Shown here in pieces: positions 10,668-21,930 of a stretch of DNA of 64,000 nt. Every line of letters starts with the position of its first letter. The stretch's first letter is position 1. Source of the DNA: an uncultured Nitrososphaerota archaeon. GTDB lineage: Archaea > Thermoproteota > Nitrososphaeria > Nitrososphaerales > CADDZS01. The stretch covers positions 480,001 to 544,000 of the forward strand of contig CAWCYI010000004.1 in NCBI GenBank assembly GCA_963799845.1. Reading direction: 5' to 3'. Position numbers and translations under genes: made by a program. The notes below the pieces were generated by a model. The model made no database searches. It was given only the letters and a program-made list of their open reading frames with translations, and had not been told where the DNA came from.

Positions 10668-11169
10668 CTATACTTCCGAGAAATTCTTTGACCGTTCCGT
10701 TGGCACAACATCAACAATTTGTTGGGTAATCACTGCGAAAAGTGGCAAATTTGTTTGATCAAAGTGTCCCGTAATTCTTCGAATTTGAGTGACTACGCTC
10801 CGGGCGCGCAACGTATGTCCATCCTTCAAATAATACTCGTTCCACGGTTCGGAATTCGTCAAAGTCTCTTCCAGCGTTGATTGCAATTTAGACCAATCAA
10901 CTGGAGTGTTTGTCATAGTAGAATTACCTGTCTCTTTCTCACTCGCAACCACACGTGTCTGATTATTCCATGTAATACAGTAGACTGGCATCCCATTTGG
11001 ATTGAGTTTGTTTGTTGTAAATATCTGCGGCATCCCGAGAAAGCAAACCGTCACTCCACTCCTTCAGCTCGTATTTGTTCCATTCAACTTTATGGATGTC
11101 ATAGTCAAGCAATCCAGTTATTGAGGCACCTTCTGGTAAACCCTGCATTTGTGGAAAAGGCATAGTCAA
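10668..11169 (-). pseudogene. Hypothetical protein with internal duplication (E.WN.Y.L.DG repeat), frameshifted
   Basis: ORFs 10963-11169 and 10668-11054 join by removing one base near 11060; VEWNKYEL vs EPWNEYYLKDG. Confidence 0.6.
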
Positions 11170-11385
11170 ATCAAAAGAATAATTTCAGTAAAAAGTAGTT
11201 TGGTTCAGTAGAGATCCCAAAAGAAATAATAGATTCCGCAAGCCTTCAGCTGGGTTGTCCAAATCTGATGTTTTTGGATGAAATTGTGATGTATCTCATA
11301 GCTTTCTCCTAAAGATGAAGATCAAAATGACATATCAATAAAAAGTAGTCTGGGAGTTTTCCCAAATCATAAGGACATCTTCTAA

Positions 11386-12331
11386 TTGAAAATTGTAGTT
11401 ATGGGCAGCGGGGGTCTTGGTGGATACTTCGGCTTCCGTCTCGCGCGTGCTGGCAATGAGGTTCATTTCATAGCACGTGGAGAGCGCCTCGACGCGATGC
11501 GCAAAAACGGGTTGCGTTTGATCACCAGCGATGAAGATTCCACTATTCAGGTTAAGGCATCCGAGAACCCCAAAGATGCTGGAGCTGCCGAACTCGTCTT
11601 ATTCTGCGTCAAAACCTATGACACAATCAGCGCAACAAAATCGATTTTGCCCATTTTGGAACGCAGCAGCACCGTTCTTACTCTTCAAAACGGCATCGAA
11701 AATTTCGATCAGATTCTCGGATGTAGTTGGGACGGATCGAGTTGTTCCCGGGACTGCTCTTATAGGAAGTGAGGTTCAGGCTCCCGGCGTAATACATGTA
11801 ATGACTCAGATAAGAAAAGTCGTATTCGGAGAAATTACCGGACAAAAGACTGCAAGGGCTGAAAGAATTAATGATGTGTTCAGATCAGCCGGTATTGACT
11901 CGGAAATCACGAGCGAAATTTCCAAACTTCTCTGGCAAAAGATGGTATGGTTTTGTGGTTTCGCCGGAATGTGTTCTATCATTCGGTTGCCTGTGGGAAA
12001 ACTCATGTCTTACCCCGAAACCCGGGAAATGTTCAAACAGATCATGGAAGAAGTCGATGAAGTGGCAAAAGCCAAAGGGGTTGATGTCGGACGCGATTAT
12101 ATTCAGAATCGAATAGATTTCGCAGATCATTTGGAAAAGAATGGAACACCTTCGATGATGCGTGATCTCTTGGCAGGACGAAAGCTCGAACTCGACGCTC
12201 TAAACGGGACTGTGATTAGAATGGGAAAGGAACAAGGGATTGCGACGCCGATGAACTGGGCAGTTTACAGTGCACTGAAACCGTACGTGACGCCCCGCGT
12301 AGCTTCTGTTGGCGGAATAGGAGAGGACTGA
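11386..12331 (+). pseudogene. panE: 2-dehydropantoate 2-reductase, frameshifted near 11714
   Basis: GSGGLGGYFG, CVKTYD, LQNG in one frame; LWQK, PSMMRD, ELDALNG in the next; extra base at GATTC 11712-11716. Confidence 0.88.
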
Positions 12332-12441
12332 ACTTACTGGTGGATTTCTAGTCAAAATCAAGTTCAATTTCCAACCTTTCAAACGATGTAAAATCATAAT
12401 AGCGCGCGCGCGCGTTTCGCCGTCAAGCCGCGCTCTTTGAT

Positions 12442-14787
12442 TTGGACGACCCTCAATCCTCCGCATCTCCCACTGGCGAGCAAGCAGCTGTTAGTCTAGT
12501 TCGCGAATTACACAAGATCGAACTTTCAAATTATCGAGTCGTCGGCGGAATTGTAAGATACGACGAGTCCGCGAGAAATATTCTCAAGGATACAAAGCAG
12601 CGGATAGTCACAAGTCTAACTTCACAGACTCGAGGCCGAGACAACTACCTCATCTGGGCACCACCGGGCAGCGGCAAAAGTTTCTTTGTTCAGGAGATAG
12701 CAAAATCTCTCGGCGATAAAATAGACTACACTGAACTGAACCTAGCGCAGCTGGATGAGCAGAAGTTCAGAAGCGAACTTTCTAAGATCGAGAAATCCAA
12801 TAAGCCCCGCTTGTGCTTCATGGACGAAGTAGACTCCAAATCGTCTGAAGCGTGGCCGTACGAAGCTCTCCTCCCATATCTTGAACCGCCTGATAGGAAC
12901 ACCATCAGGACATGCTTCATCCTTGCTGGCAGTAGTGGTAATTCCCTTTCGGAGATGAAGGAGAGGATTGCCAAACGTCCAAAGGGAGTTGATCTCTTGA
13001 GTCGAATACCGGCTCGCAATGAATCAGCTATTCCGGGATTAGCTTTGGGCGACAGGATCCTTGTCGCATCAACCCAATTCTTGCGAGCTTCAAGCGAAAA
13101 GGGACGGCAGACCGATGAAGTCGAAAAGCTGGTGCTCTACTATATCGCTCTTAATCCAAAATTGAACAGCGCACGTCAAATCCGAGACCTTGCAATTCAT
13201 TGTATCGAACGCATGCCCAGAGGCGAAGAAAGGATCAAGTTCGATTATCTTTTCGATGCCGGAGACTCTGAGAACAAGGAATTTTGGAACACTGCGGGGA
13301 CGCTGAGAAACGAATTTGTCAACACGTTTGTAAGATTAGAAGACGATCAAGCTGTTTTCAAAGGCTCAAGCCCACAGCAAGGGATTTCGAGATTTGATGA
13401 GAAACGTGTGTTCGAAACGCCCCTAGAGAAAAACCGTATCGCAGTTCTGCCGTTTGCCAACATCAGTCCAGATCCCAAAGACGAGTATTTTGCGGACGGG
13501 ATGACTGAGGAAATAATCTCAACGCTCTCAAAAATACGTGGACTGAAAGTCATCTCCCGTACTTCAGTCTTGAGGTACAAACAAACTAACAAGAGTCTCT
13601 CAGAAATCGCAAGAGAACTGAATGTTGGCGCTATACTGGAAGGGAGTGTCAGGAAGGCGGCAGATGAGTTGCGAATTACAGCGCAGTTGATCGACGTGGA
13701 TAATGACGAGCATCTGTGGTCTCAAGATTATGACAGAAAATTCGAGAATGTGTTTTCACTGCAGAAAGAGATCGCGCAAAAAGTCGCTGATTCTCTCCAG
13801 ATTACAATTCTATCCAAAGAGAGCAAGGAGTTAGGAAAGAAACCAACCCAGAATATGGAAGCATACAGTCTTTACTTGAAAGGTCGCTCTCACCGGCACC
13901 GATGGAATCTTGATTCTTTCAAAAGAACAATAGATTATTGTGAGCAGGCTATTCAAAAAGACCCAAATTACGCCCAAGCCTACGCTGAGATTGCCAATTG
14001 TTACTCCATCATTGGTGTCAGAGAACTGCTCCCATCGAATGAGGCTTTCGCAGGCCGAGAAGTTTGCTGAAAAGGCAATCCAATTGGATCCTTCCCTTCC
14101 GGAATCTTATCTCGCACGCGGTCTGGTTCTGCTTTTACACAAATGGGATTTCCGACGTGCGGAAATAGAAATCAGAGGATCTCTTGAATTTAATCCTAGC
14201 CTGGTTGATGGTCATTTATATCTCGCGCAGCTGCTGGTGTGGAGCAGAAGATTTGGCGAAGCCGTTTTGGAAAGCAAACGCGCTTTGGAACTGGATCCGA
14301 TGTCAGCATGGACATGCTCATGGGCAGGCGAGATGCTTCTGTTTTCTCACCAAATTGACGAAGCTATAGAATTGTCGAGAAATGCCATCGAACTAGATCC
14401 GAAGTCGGCTTTGGCGCGACACAATTTGGGCCTTGCTTATGTTATGAAAGGAATGATCGAGAAAGGAATTTCTGAACTCAAAAAGCTAGAAGCCACGCCT
14501 TTCTCGCCTACGCCTATGGCAAAGCTGGAAAGATCAATGAAGTGAAGAACATTCTCGCAGACCTGTTCAGGATGAGGGAAAAAGGCTACAGGTCAGAAGT
14601 AGCAATTGCTGCAGCCTACTTGGGTTTAGGTGAAAAGGACAAGTCCATAGAGTGGTTAGAGAGGGCTTACGAGCAGCACGTGGGTCATTTTCCTGATGTG
14701 AACGCTCAGCCCATTTTCGACGACCTTCGCTCTGATCCAAGGTTTCAGGCTCTGATGAAGAAGATTGGATTTCCAGACGCAGTCTGA
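12442..14787 (+). pseudogene. AAA+ ATPase - TolB_N-like - TPR protein, copy 1 (two frame breaks in TPR part)
   Basis: Walker A APPGSGKS, Walker B CFMDEVD, DLLSRI, SARQIR; RIAVLPF; TPRs over ORFs 12442-14070, 13940-14545, 14542-14787. Confidence 0.85.
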
Positions 14788-14901
14788 TACTAAATTGATT
14801 TTTCGAAAGGAATTTGCACAGAATTAGTTGGAATGCCAGATTATATCCTGGTCGTTCAATCCCAACATTGCCATCTTGCAATATATGAAATGGCTACTTT
14901 T

Positions 14902-15936
14902 TCAGCGAAAGTGTCGTGCGTGAACCCTCCGATCCTTCGTTCTTTCGCTGAATGTCTCGAAGCCGAGTTTGGCCGCCCCAAGCAGGCAAACGTCCGGATT
15001 CAGCACGAGGTAGACCGGGATGTCCGTCAGAAGTTCGCTCTGGCGCCCTTTCCTCGTTAGTGCCTCCACAAACTTCCCGTCCTCCAGCACGGGTCTGATT
15101 CGCGCGGGGATTCCCCCAGCAATGTAGACGCCGTTAGTCGCGAAGACTTTCAACGCGAGGTTGCTCGCTTCGGCTCCCATTATCGCCACAAACGTGTCGA
15201 GGGACTTTTCGCACAACTCGCAGCGCACTCCACCGAGCGCGGCCTTGACGATGATCGGGACCGGGTCGTCAGCCCCGGTTATCATTCTTGAAAGTTCAGC
15301 GTGTCGCTCTCGCGCGTCCACGATTTTGTGGTAGAATGTGTGAATCTCTTTTAGCCCGGGTCCCGAGCACACCCGTTCGTAACTAACGTGGTCAAGCTTT
15401 TGTTGCATGTACTTCAAAAGCTCAATTTGGACCGTGTCCCTAGGTGCGAAGTCGCAGTGCCCTCCCTCGGAGGCGAACGCGCGATACTTTTTTCCATCCC
15501 AGGTTAGGAAGGCTTCCCCGAGTCCCGTTCCCGGGGCAATCACCGCAATAGTCCCGCGTTGAACCGGCTTGCCCTCGTTGAGGACTAGATAGTCCACCTT
15601 CGGATTCAGAAAAGGTATAAACGAAGCCGTGGCGACCAAATCGTTGACCAGCAGCACGGAAGAAATTCCAAGGACGCGTCTGATCTGCCTTTCGCTTATC
15701 ACCCAGGGCAAATTGGTTATCGAAGATTTTCCCCCGATGACGGGGCCTGCAACGGCGAAGCACGCCTGGTCGATCGAGTACTTGTTTTTGGACAGGAACT
15801 CGAAAAGGAGAGATTCGATGTCTTCGAACTTTGGGCTGGAGAATGTCTTTTGCGCCAGTGGTTTGCGCAAGTTTCGCTTCGATGAAAAAACGGCGATGGA
15901 AGTCTTCGTTCCGCCCACGTCTCCCGCCAAGATCAT
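14902..15936 (-). CDS. glk: Glucokinase, bacterial Glk family
   Basis: AGDVGGT, AVAGPV, TNLPW, VND, APGTGLGEA, SEGGH, ERVCSGPG, AGGI. Confidence 0.93.
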   Translation of the reverse strand: MILAGDVGGTKTSIAVFSSKRNLRKPLAQKTFSSPKFEDIESLLFEFLSKNKYSIDQACFAVAGPVIGGKSSITNLPWVISERQIRRVLGISSVLLVNDLVATASFIPFLNPKVDYLVLNEGKPVQRGTIAVIAPGTGLGEAFLTWDGKKYRAFASEGGHCDFAPRDTVQIELLKYMQQKLDHVSYERVCSGPGLKEIHTFYHKIVDARERHAELSRMITGADDPVPIIVKAALGGVRCELCEKSLDTFVAIMGAEASNLALKVFATNGVYIAGGIPARIRPVLEDGKFVEALTRKGRQSELLTDIPVYLVLNPDVCLLGAAKLGFETFSERTKDRRVHARHFR

Positions 15937-16045
15937 TTTCGAGTAACCATCCCTTCGACTTTTTACGTTGGGTAGTTCCCAGTTTGCGGAAATAATTTTT
16001 CGACGCCTCTTAGGACTGATTTGTTTTCAGTCCTCAATGTTGAGG

Positions 16046-16834
16046 TCATACATCTGCCTGGCCGACGACTTGCCGCATCGATTCCACGTACTTGTAATGG
16101 TCCTTTCTTTTGAGCTTCTCCGCCGCCGCTTCGTCGAGGAATGCAGTGACCCTTGGATGGAGTTGGAGCGCGCTCGCGGTTATTTCCGAAGTAATGGGCC
16201 CTTCCAAAGCCAGCCTTACCGCATCCGACTTTTCCACGCCGCTAGCGAGGAGAACGATGTGGCGTGACTCGAGGATCGTCCCGACCCCCATCGTGATCGC
16301 AAATCGCGGCACCTCGTCGAGACTCCTGAAGAACCTCGCGTTGTCGGAAATCGTTTCTTGGGCTAGCGTCTTGAGCCTCGTTCTTGATCCGAGCGATGAA
16401 CCGGGCTCGTTGAATGCGATGTGCCCGTCGCGCCCGATGCCAAGCAGCTGGATGTCTATCCCGCCGGCTTCTCTTATGGAGGCTTCGTACTCGGAGCAGG
16501 ACGCCTCGATGTCCTTTACGAGTCCCCCTGGGATGTGCACGTTTTTGGGATCGATGTTCACATGCCTGAGCAGATTTTCGTCCATGAAGTAACGGTAGCT
16601 CTGGGGATGGTCCGGCGCGAGGCCGTAGTACTCATCTAGGTTGAAAGTGCGCACTCCTGCAAAGTCGAGGCCTTCTTCCCTATGCATTCGCGCGAGCTCG
16701 CGGTATATCCCCAGCGGTGTGCTGCCGGTAGCGAGGCCGAGGACGGAGTCGGGCTTCCGTCTTAATTGGGCTGCGATGAGCTTAGCCGCAGCGTTACTCA
16801 TTTCAAAGTAGCTCGGCGCGATCCGGACTCTCAA
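16046..16834 (-). CDS. nagB: Glucosamine-6-phosphate deaminase
   Basis: LGLATGSTP, FNLDEY, QSYRYFM, GIGRDGHIAFNEP, TMGVGTI, ASALQLH. Confidence 0.96.
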   Translation of the reverse strand: MRVRIAPSYFEMSNAAAKLIAAQLRRKPDSVLGLATGSTPLGIYRELARMHREEGLDFAGVRTFNLDEYYGLAPDHPQSYRYFMDENLLRHVNIDPKNVHIPGGLVKDIEASCSEYEASIREAGGIDIQLLGIGRDGHIAFNEPGSSLGSRTRLKTLAQETISDNARFFRSLDEVPRFAITMGVGTILESRHIVLLASGVEKSDAVRLALEGPITSEITASALQLHPRVTAFLDEAAAEKLKRKDHYKYVESMRQVVGQADV

Positions 16835-17001
16835 ATTCGATCTCTTAATCCAGTGTGTCGTGCGGATTAAACTTTATCCGACTACATTGGAAATCTACCG
16901 ATTCTCTTCTCCTCTCTATCCGTGCGTACCAATAAATAGACACGCACGCAGAGAAAAAAAATCAAAAAAAGATAGAAGGAGAGAGTAAAAACTCCTCCTA
17001 C

Positions 17002-17270
17002 CTAGAGCGCGAAGATCTTTGCTTGAATTTCATTCATGTCTGGCGCACCTTCAGCAGTGAGCTCAAATCTCCCCTTCTTACCATTCAGCCACGAAAGTCT
17101 TGGGGAGGTTGTCATGAAGGTAATTTCGCCCTCACCCTTGTTCGTAGTCGGGCCAGTCATCCTTCCAGTTCCATGACCGATTCCCAGGATTATATCTCCT
17201 TCGTTTGTTGAGTCCACGAACTTCGTCTCCCAATCATACGCACCGCTCGTCTTGAAATTGAATAGGGAGA
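17002..17270 (-). pseudogene. 5'-truncated beta-rich hypothetical protein
   Basis: Coding-like C-terminus (GEITFMTTSPRLSWLNGK); the upstream part of the ORF runs into a (CG)n tract and AT-rich sequence. Confidence 0.45.
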
Positions 17271-17571
17271 TTGTACGCGCGCGCGCTTTTGCCAGTGACA
17301 AATATTTAACGCAAGTGATTTTCAAGGTTTCTTTTTTCCCGAAAAGTGCGGAATTCAACTTCTGCTCTCTGAAGGATCAATTGTTAGTTTTGGTGGAATG
17401 GGAACGATGACGTTGAGTCCATAAGGCGGGGTTTGGACTCTGGTAACATTATAGTGTGTTGTACAGAGATGTTTTACTTCGAGTGTTGAGTGCTAAAGTT
17501 TTGCCTGTTGGTTCTAAATTACCCAATGATTCATGGAATCAACAATAGAAAACACGGCAGCTAATTCGATA

Positions 17572-17865
17572 TTAGTACCCTTGATCTCTTGGTTCTTTTT
17601 CTCCTTGCTTTCTTCTCACTTCTTCTTCATCCATCTTGGCGCCGAGCCAAGCAGAGCTGACATAAGAGCCTGTTTGCTTGGATGGAGATAATGGTTCTAG
17701 CTTATTTTCATCATCTTTCCTTGAATGAGGGAGAAAACCCAAAACAGCTAGACAGATTACGCCGCCAATGATATAGAAGATGCCGAGCGGCGAATATAAC
17801 ACGAAGCAAGCTATGACTGCAATAACGCCTATCGCAAGCTTGAGTAAGAATTTCGTTTCGCCCAC
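17572..17865 (-). CDS. Small membrane protein
   Basis: Two TM helices plus charged tail. Confidence 0.6.
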   Translation of the reverse strand: MGETKFLLKLAIGVIAVIACFVLYSPLGIFYIIGGVICLAVLGFLPHSRKDDENKLEPLSPSKQTGSYVSSAWLGAKMDEEEVRRKQGEKEPRDQGY

Positions 17866-17931
17866 CCGAATGATAAGATTGTAAGTCCCTCGTTTTACGC
17901 TTTGTCCATTTGAAGATGGTTCTCTCGTCTC

Positions 17932-18669
17932 TTATGCTATGGACTCGTTGATGTATCCATAGCTGAATCCACTGATTCCTATCAATTCTCCGACAGCACC
18001 GTAAACGTAACCACAACTGGCTTCGTAGACATTGGAATACGCGGAGATGATAATGTGTTGCGTATCTTGATTTACGATCAGAGCGGCGAATTGACACAGT
18101 CCAGAAACACTCAGGACATCATAACTCCCCGAATTGGGAGAGACATTGAAACTGTACTTCACGAAGAACTTTTCATCGGAATTGTTACCAAAATGAAGCT
18201 GGCTCGGTTGAGCAGTGATTGTGATGTTTGGAGCGCAGCAATCCCAACCAGACGGCAGTGTCTGGGTCAAGATCTCCGCACTAACATTAACATTGGACAC
18301 ACCAAGCGCGTCTGGCGATGGATTTTTAGTGTATTGAACGCAGAGGCTCGCCGTTGAACTGGAACTTGAATTTATCGCAAGAACTAACAGCCGAATAGTA
18401 GAGCTATTGGGATTATTATTCACAGATGTCCAATTCAGATTGGTTCCAAGGTTAGAATTGGATGAGCAATTTTCACTCGTGGGCGAATTCGTCAGAGTTA
18501 GTGATGTAGTGCCGACAGAACCCGTGTAGGACAAAGTTACTGTTAAACTAGAAAGGGAAGTTGTGTGGTTTGCAGTTGCCAAGTACCCCACACCAAAGGC
18601 GGCGACGATAATCAGAAGGAGAAGAACCACTACCTTCGTGGTTCGCCCGATTGCGTACAATTTCGACAT
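17932..18669 (-). CDS. Membrane-anchored Ser/Thr-rich, Cys-containing surface protein (paralog family A)
   Basis: N-terminal TM, S/T linker, SLCVQY..ITITAQPS..VKYSFNV..SGLC domain. Confidence 0.7.
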   Translation of the reverse strand: MSKLYAIGRTTKVVVLLLLIIVAAFGVGYLATANHTTSLSSLTVTLSYTGSVGTTSLTLTNSPTSENCSSNSNLGTNLNWTSVNNNPNSSTIRLLVLAINSSSSSTASLCVQYTKNPSPDALGVSNVNVSAEILTQTLPSGWDCCAPNITITAQPSQLHFGNNSDEKFFVKYSFNVSPNSGSYDVLSVSGLCQFAALIVNQDTQHIIISAYSNVYEASCGYVYGAVGELIGISGFSYGYINESIA

Positions 18670-18860
18670 TGTTACTTGATTCTCGTTTGCACTGAATATA
18701 TTACCTGATTACAATTGTCAATTTTGAGAATCGGACACATGGGTTCAAGTTCAGGAAATACTACGACAAGAGTTAACCCAACTAACAATTTGACATTGAC
18801 ATCGAGCCTGCTGAATCCTTAAGGATGGAATGAAGAATTGAATTTCAAGACCTTCCTGCC

Positions 18861-19874
18861 ATGAGTTCTATTGACCCATCTCCCTACATTTCTCTGGCAT
18901 TTCTCTTCGGCATCGCGGCACAATTTCGTGCAATGGACGGATATTCGTTCTTGCGGAGAGTGATTGCGATATTTGAAAGGAAGATTGGAATACTCTACAC
19001 TGTAGTGATTGTTACTTCGCTTTTCTCACCCTTCATCCTCAACGATGTAGTTGTCATTATCCTTACTCCCGTGATTATTAGATATGCCAAGCAATTCAAG
19101 GTCGATATTGCCCCGCTCTTGATTGCGGAAATTACATTCACAAACATTGCGAGTTCCCTGACTCCTCTTGGCAATCCACAAAACATTTTGCTGTGGAGCA
19201 CATCCAAGATAACTTTTCAACAATTTGTAATTGGGACGTGGTTGCCGCTTGCAATTTCAGGAATCTTAGCCACAATAATTCTTTTACCGTTCAGGAAACA
19301 GTTTGGTGATGCAAAGGAATTTCCGACAACCGCAGGCTCAAAAATTCCTGCAATCTATTTAGGAATCGTGATACTGTCAATTGTTCTGTCTGACCTTTTT
19401 GGACTAGCACCCTACATTTCCCTTGGAATCGGTTTCCTATTGGGATTCTTGTTTACGTCTCGCTCACTGAAACAAGTCGTCAGAGAATACGACCTAAAGA
19501 GCCTCCTTATCCTGTATGGGTTCGTTGGTTCAGTTACTCTCGTCTCGATTGTGATCGGGCCTGCCTTGAGTGGCTATGCATCACCTGTTGGTCAGGGCAC
19601 CCAACCATATTCTGCCCTGTTTATGGGAATCCTGTCGAATTTAGTTAGTAATGTTCCTGCAACACAACTAGTTCTGAGTGTTACTTCGATTTCACCACAC
19701 ATTGTACCTAAGATTGCGGTCGAGGCAGGACTCGCAGGCAACATAGACCCAATTGCATCTTTTGCAAATTTGCTAGTTCTGTTAATGGTAAGTCGAGCGG
19801 GTTTCTCGGTAAGAAAAACAATCATGTTACAATTTTTGATTGGCACTATTTCCTTTCTGCCTGCGTTTCTTTGA
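18861..19874 (+). CDS. ArsB/NhaD/SLC13-type ion transporter
   Basis: LNDVVV, NIASSLTPLGNPQNI, SNLVSNVPA, ASFANL. Confidence 0.85.
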   Translation: MSSIDPSPYISLAFLFGIAAQFRAMDGYSFLRRVIAIFERKIGILYTVVIVTSLFSPFILNDVVVIILTPVIIRYAKQFKVDIAPLLIAEITFTNIASSLTPLGNPQNILLWSTSKITFQQFVIGTWLPLAISGILATIILLPFRKQFGDAKEFPTTAGSKIPAIYLGIVILSIVLSDLFGLAPYISLGIGFLLGFLFTSRSLKQVVREYDLKSLLILYGFVGSVTLVSIVIGPALSGYASPVGQGTQPYSALFMGILSNLVSNVPATQLVLSVTSISPHIVPKIAVEAGLAGNIDPIASFANLLVLLMVSRAGFSVRKTIMLQFLIGTISFLPAFL

Positions 19875-20069
19875 GACTTTCATCGGATTTTCATTGAAGA
19901 GACAAGGACTATCGAAGAGGCATTTGATCGGCCAGAGACCCCTCGCATCTTCCAGATGCTCGGTGGTGCGCGCTGGCAAGACTAGGTGATTCGGCCTTGC
20001 AAGTTCGTCTACCGAGAGTGGTTTATTTAGAAGTTCATAAGTGAAGGCCTAGGTCTTCTCAAGTTCCTA

Positions 20070-20633
20070 ATGACGGATCCCCGAAAAATAATTCTGAGGA
20101 TGCTGTGTAAGACTTCGGATAATTTCACAGAAACAGAACTGGGACAGGTGCATTTTTGCGGGAGCTTTGCGAGTTGTATGAAAGCAGAAATCGAGTTTGC
20201 TTGTGTGCATGACATTGACATCCTTGTTGATGGGCCGAATATGGCAGCTAGATTTTGGGACTTCTTGGATAGTTTACTCGAACAAGGGTTGCGGTCTTTC
20301 AATAACAGCGAGCACCCAAAAAGCGTTAGAAATTGGAAAACTTGCAATGAGGGAAATTTTTTACACCCAACGTTGCTTACATTGAATTGTAGCCTAATTG
20401 GTCACAAAGAACAGCAACTTGACATCTTCATTGCGGATGCAGCGTTGGGTATTCCTTACTTGGAAAAATGGATGTGGGACGGAGGCAGAAAGGTGGAACC
20501 GTTTGCAACGAGTGAGCACAGAAGGAGCTTTTTGAAAAACCTTCCACTCAATCAAATTAGTTTCTCGACGGCGCTACGAAAGGTCAAAGACTTCTTAGAT
20601 TCGCAGAGAGAAGAATCATTGTGGATAAGGTAA
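20070..20633 (+). CDS. Pol-beta-fold nucleotidyltransferase (PolX palm-like)
   Basis: CGSF...HDIDILV and third acidic strand QLDIF. Confidence 0.6.
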   Translation: MTDPRKIILRMLCKTSDNFTETELGQVHFCGSFASCMKAEIEFACVHDIDILVDGPNMAARFWDFLDSLLEQGLRSFNNSEHPKSVRNWKTCNEGNFLHPTLLTLNCSLIGHKEQQLDIFIADAALGIPYLEKWMWDGGRKVEPFATSEHRRSFLKNLPLNQISFSTALRKVKDFLDSQREESLWIR

Positions 20634-20784
20634 CTAAGCAATTGTTCGATGAGATGTGGAGAGCTGGGTTTATTCCAGGCGGCTGATGAGACTTTAGCTG
20701 ATCTGTATCTGGACTTGCGCGTACCCGTAAAGCCCAGTTGCATTTGTGACGCCGATTTGCATTGTGTATTTTCCTTCGACTCAT

Positions 20785-21196
20785 TCAGCGGAAATTTTGA
20801 ACTTCGGTAGTTATCCATTCTTTCAAAGCTAAGGTCAGATTAATTTTGAAAGGCCGTTTACTGGTATCAAGTTGTATCGCTACCAGACCTGGCAAGATGG
20901 CTTTGAACGCAGAATCGTACAAGCTTGTGTCGTTATCCATTGGAATCATAAGAAGCCCAAAGTTTCTCGCAGCTCTGTTGATCCAATTTTGAGTTCTCCT
21001 ATCAACAAAAACTACCGATTTTCGACAGATGATTTGAAATGTCAAGCACGACAGTTTTGATTTCCGACCTGTCTTTCCCAGGCCGATCCAACAATTTGAT
21101 CAATTGTTTCGCCGAATCAGTTAGTAGGTTTTTTTCTTTCAAAACTATCTCTATTTGTCTCAGACGCATCTGATCCTGATCTGGCAGTTTGGACAT
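20785..21196 (-). pseudogene. Hypothetical protein, frameshifted near 21015
   Basis: ORFs 21002-21196 and 20785-21045 join by removing one base in an A or T run. Confidence 0.5.
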
Positions 21197-21253
21197 TCAC
21201 GTCATTCCTCTATCGCAAAGTCCATCTCGTCTCATTATGTAGTAGGAGTACTT

Positions 21254-21286
21254 ACTGTAACTACAGTTTTGTACTTCTGGTTACAG
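21254..21286. promoter_or_regulatory. Inverted repeats between divergent genes, candidate operator
   Basis: ACTGTA-AC-TACAGT (21254-21267) and CTGTAAC...GTTACAG (21255-21286). Confidence 0.4.
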
Positions 21287-21321
21287 CATCCATAATATGT
21301 CTCGATATATCCAATCTCGCA

Positions 21322-21555
21322 ATGCCCAGAATTCTCGTGAATAGAGAAACTTTCGAGAACAGCGCAGTTTTTCAAAGATTTTGCTGGTCTATTCGCGACT
21401 CGACGACACAAAGCATGTTGGAAGAATTAGCCATTGAGTTCATTAGACGAGAATCAGATAATCTGACAGGAGGTCAGTGCAAGGCCTTGGAAACTTGCTT
21501 TGTTCAAAGAACGCTTTTACCTGTGTCGAATGAAGCAGCACCTGCCCCTGTCTAG
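21322..21555 (+). CDS. Small hypothetical protein, possibly ribbon-helix-helix-like
   Basis: N-terminal beta strand (PRILVN) then two helices; TATA-like sequence upstream. Confidence 0.45.
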   Translation: MPRILVNRETFENSAVFQRFCWSIRDSTTQSMLEELAIEFIRRESDNLTGGQCKALETCFVQRTLLPVSNEAAPAPV

Positions 21556-21572
21556 TCGTAACTATCCGTAGC

Positions 21573-21866
21573 TTATTTCAGCTCTACGATGAGGGCTCTT
21601 CCAGTCGTTCCCATGCTTTCAACAGAATGAGATTCCGCATCGTACCAAGCTATCTCTCCCTTCTTCATACTCCGACTCTGAGCCTTACCGCCTGGCGGTG
21701 TAGACTTGTATTTTAGCGGGGTAATAGCATACGCGAAATATTTTGGATGGGAGTGCATATCGATTTTCAAGCCCTTCTTCCAGTTGAGTTCGATCACCCG
21801 AACGTTATCATTCTCTAGGAGTACTTTCGAATATTTGGACGCTGCTTTGTGAACATCTTGTGACAT
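21573..21866 (-). CDS. Cupin domain protein
   Basis: VLLENDNVRV, MHSHP, HSVE...LIVELK. Confidence 0.85.
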   Translation of the reverse strand: MSQDVHKAASKYSKVLLENDNVRVIELNWKKGLKIDMHSHPKYFAYAITPLKYKSTPPGGKAQSRSMKKGEIAWYDAESHSVESMGTTGRALIVELK

Positions 21867-21930
21867 GTGTTTGGGAATCAGGCTGGGGCGATATAAGCCC
21901 TATCATTGTTTCAAAACGCGTAGTTATGGC

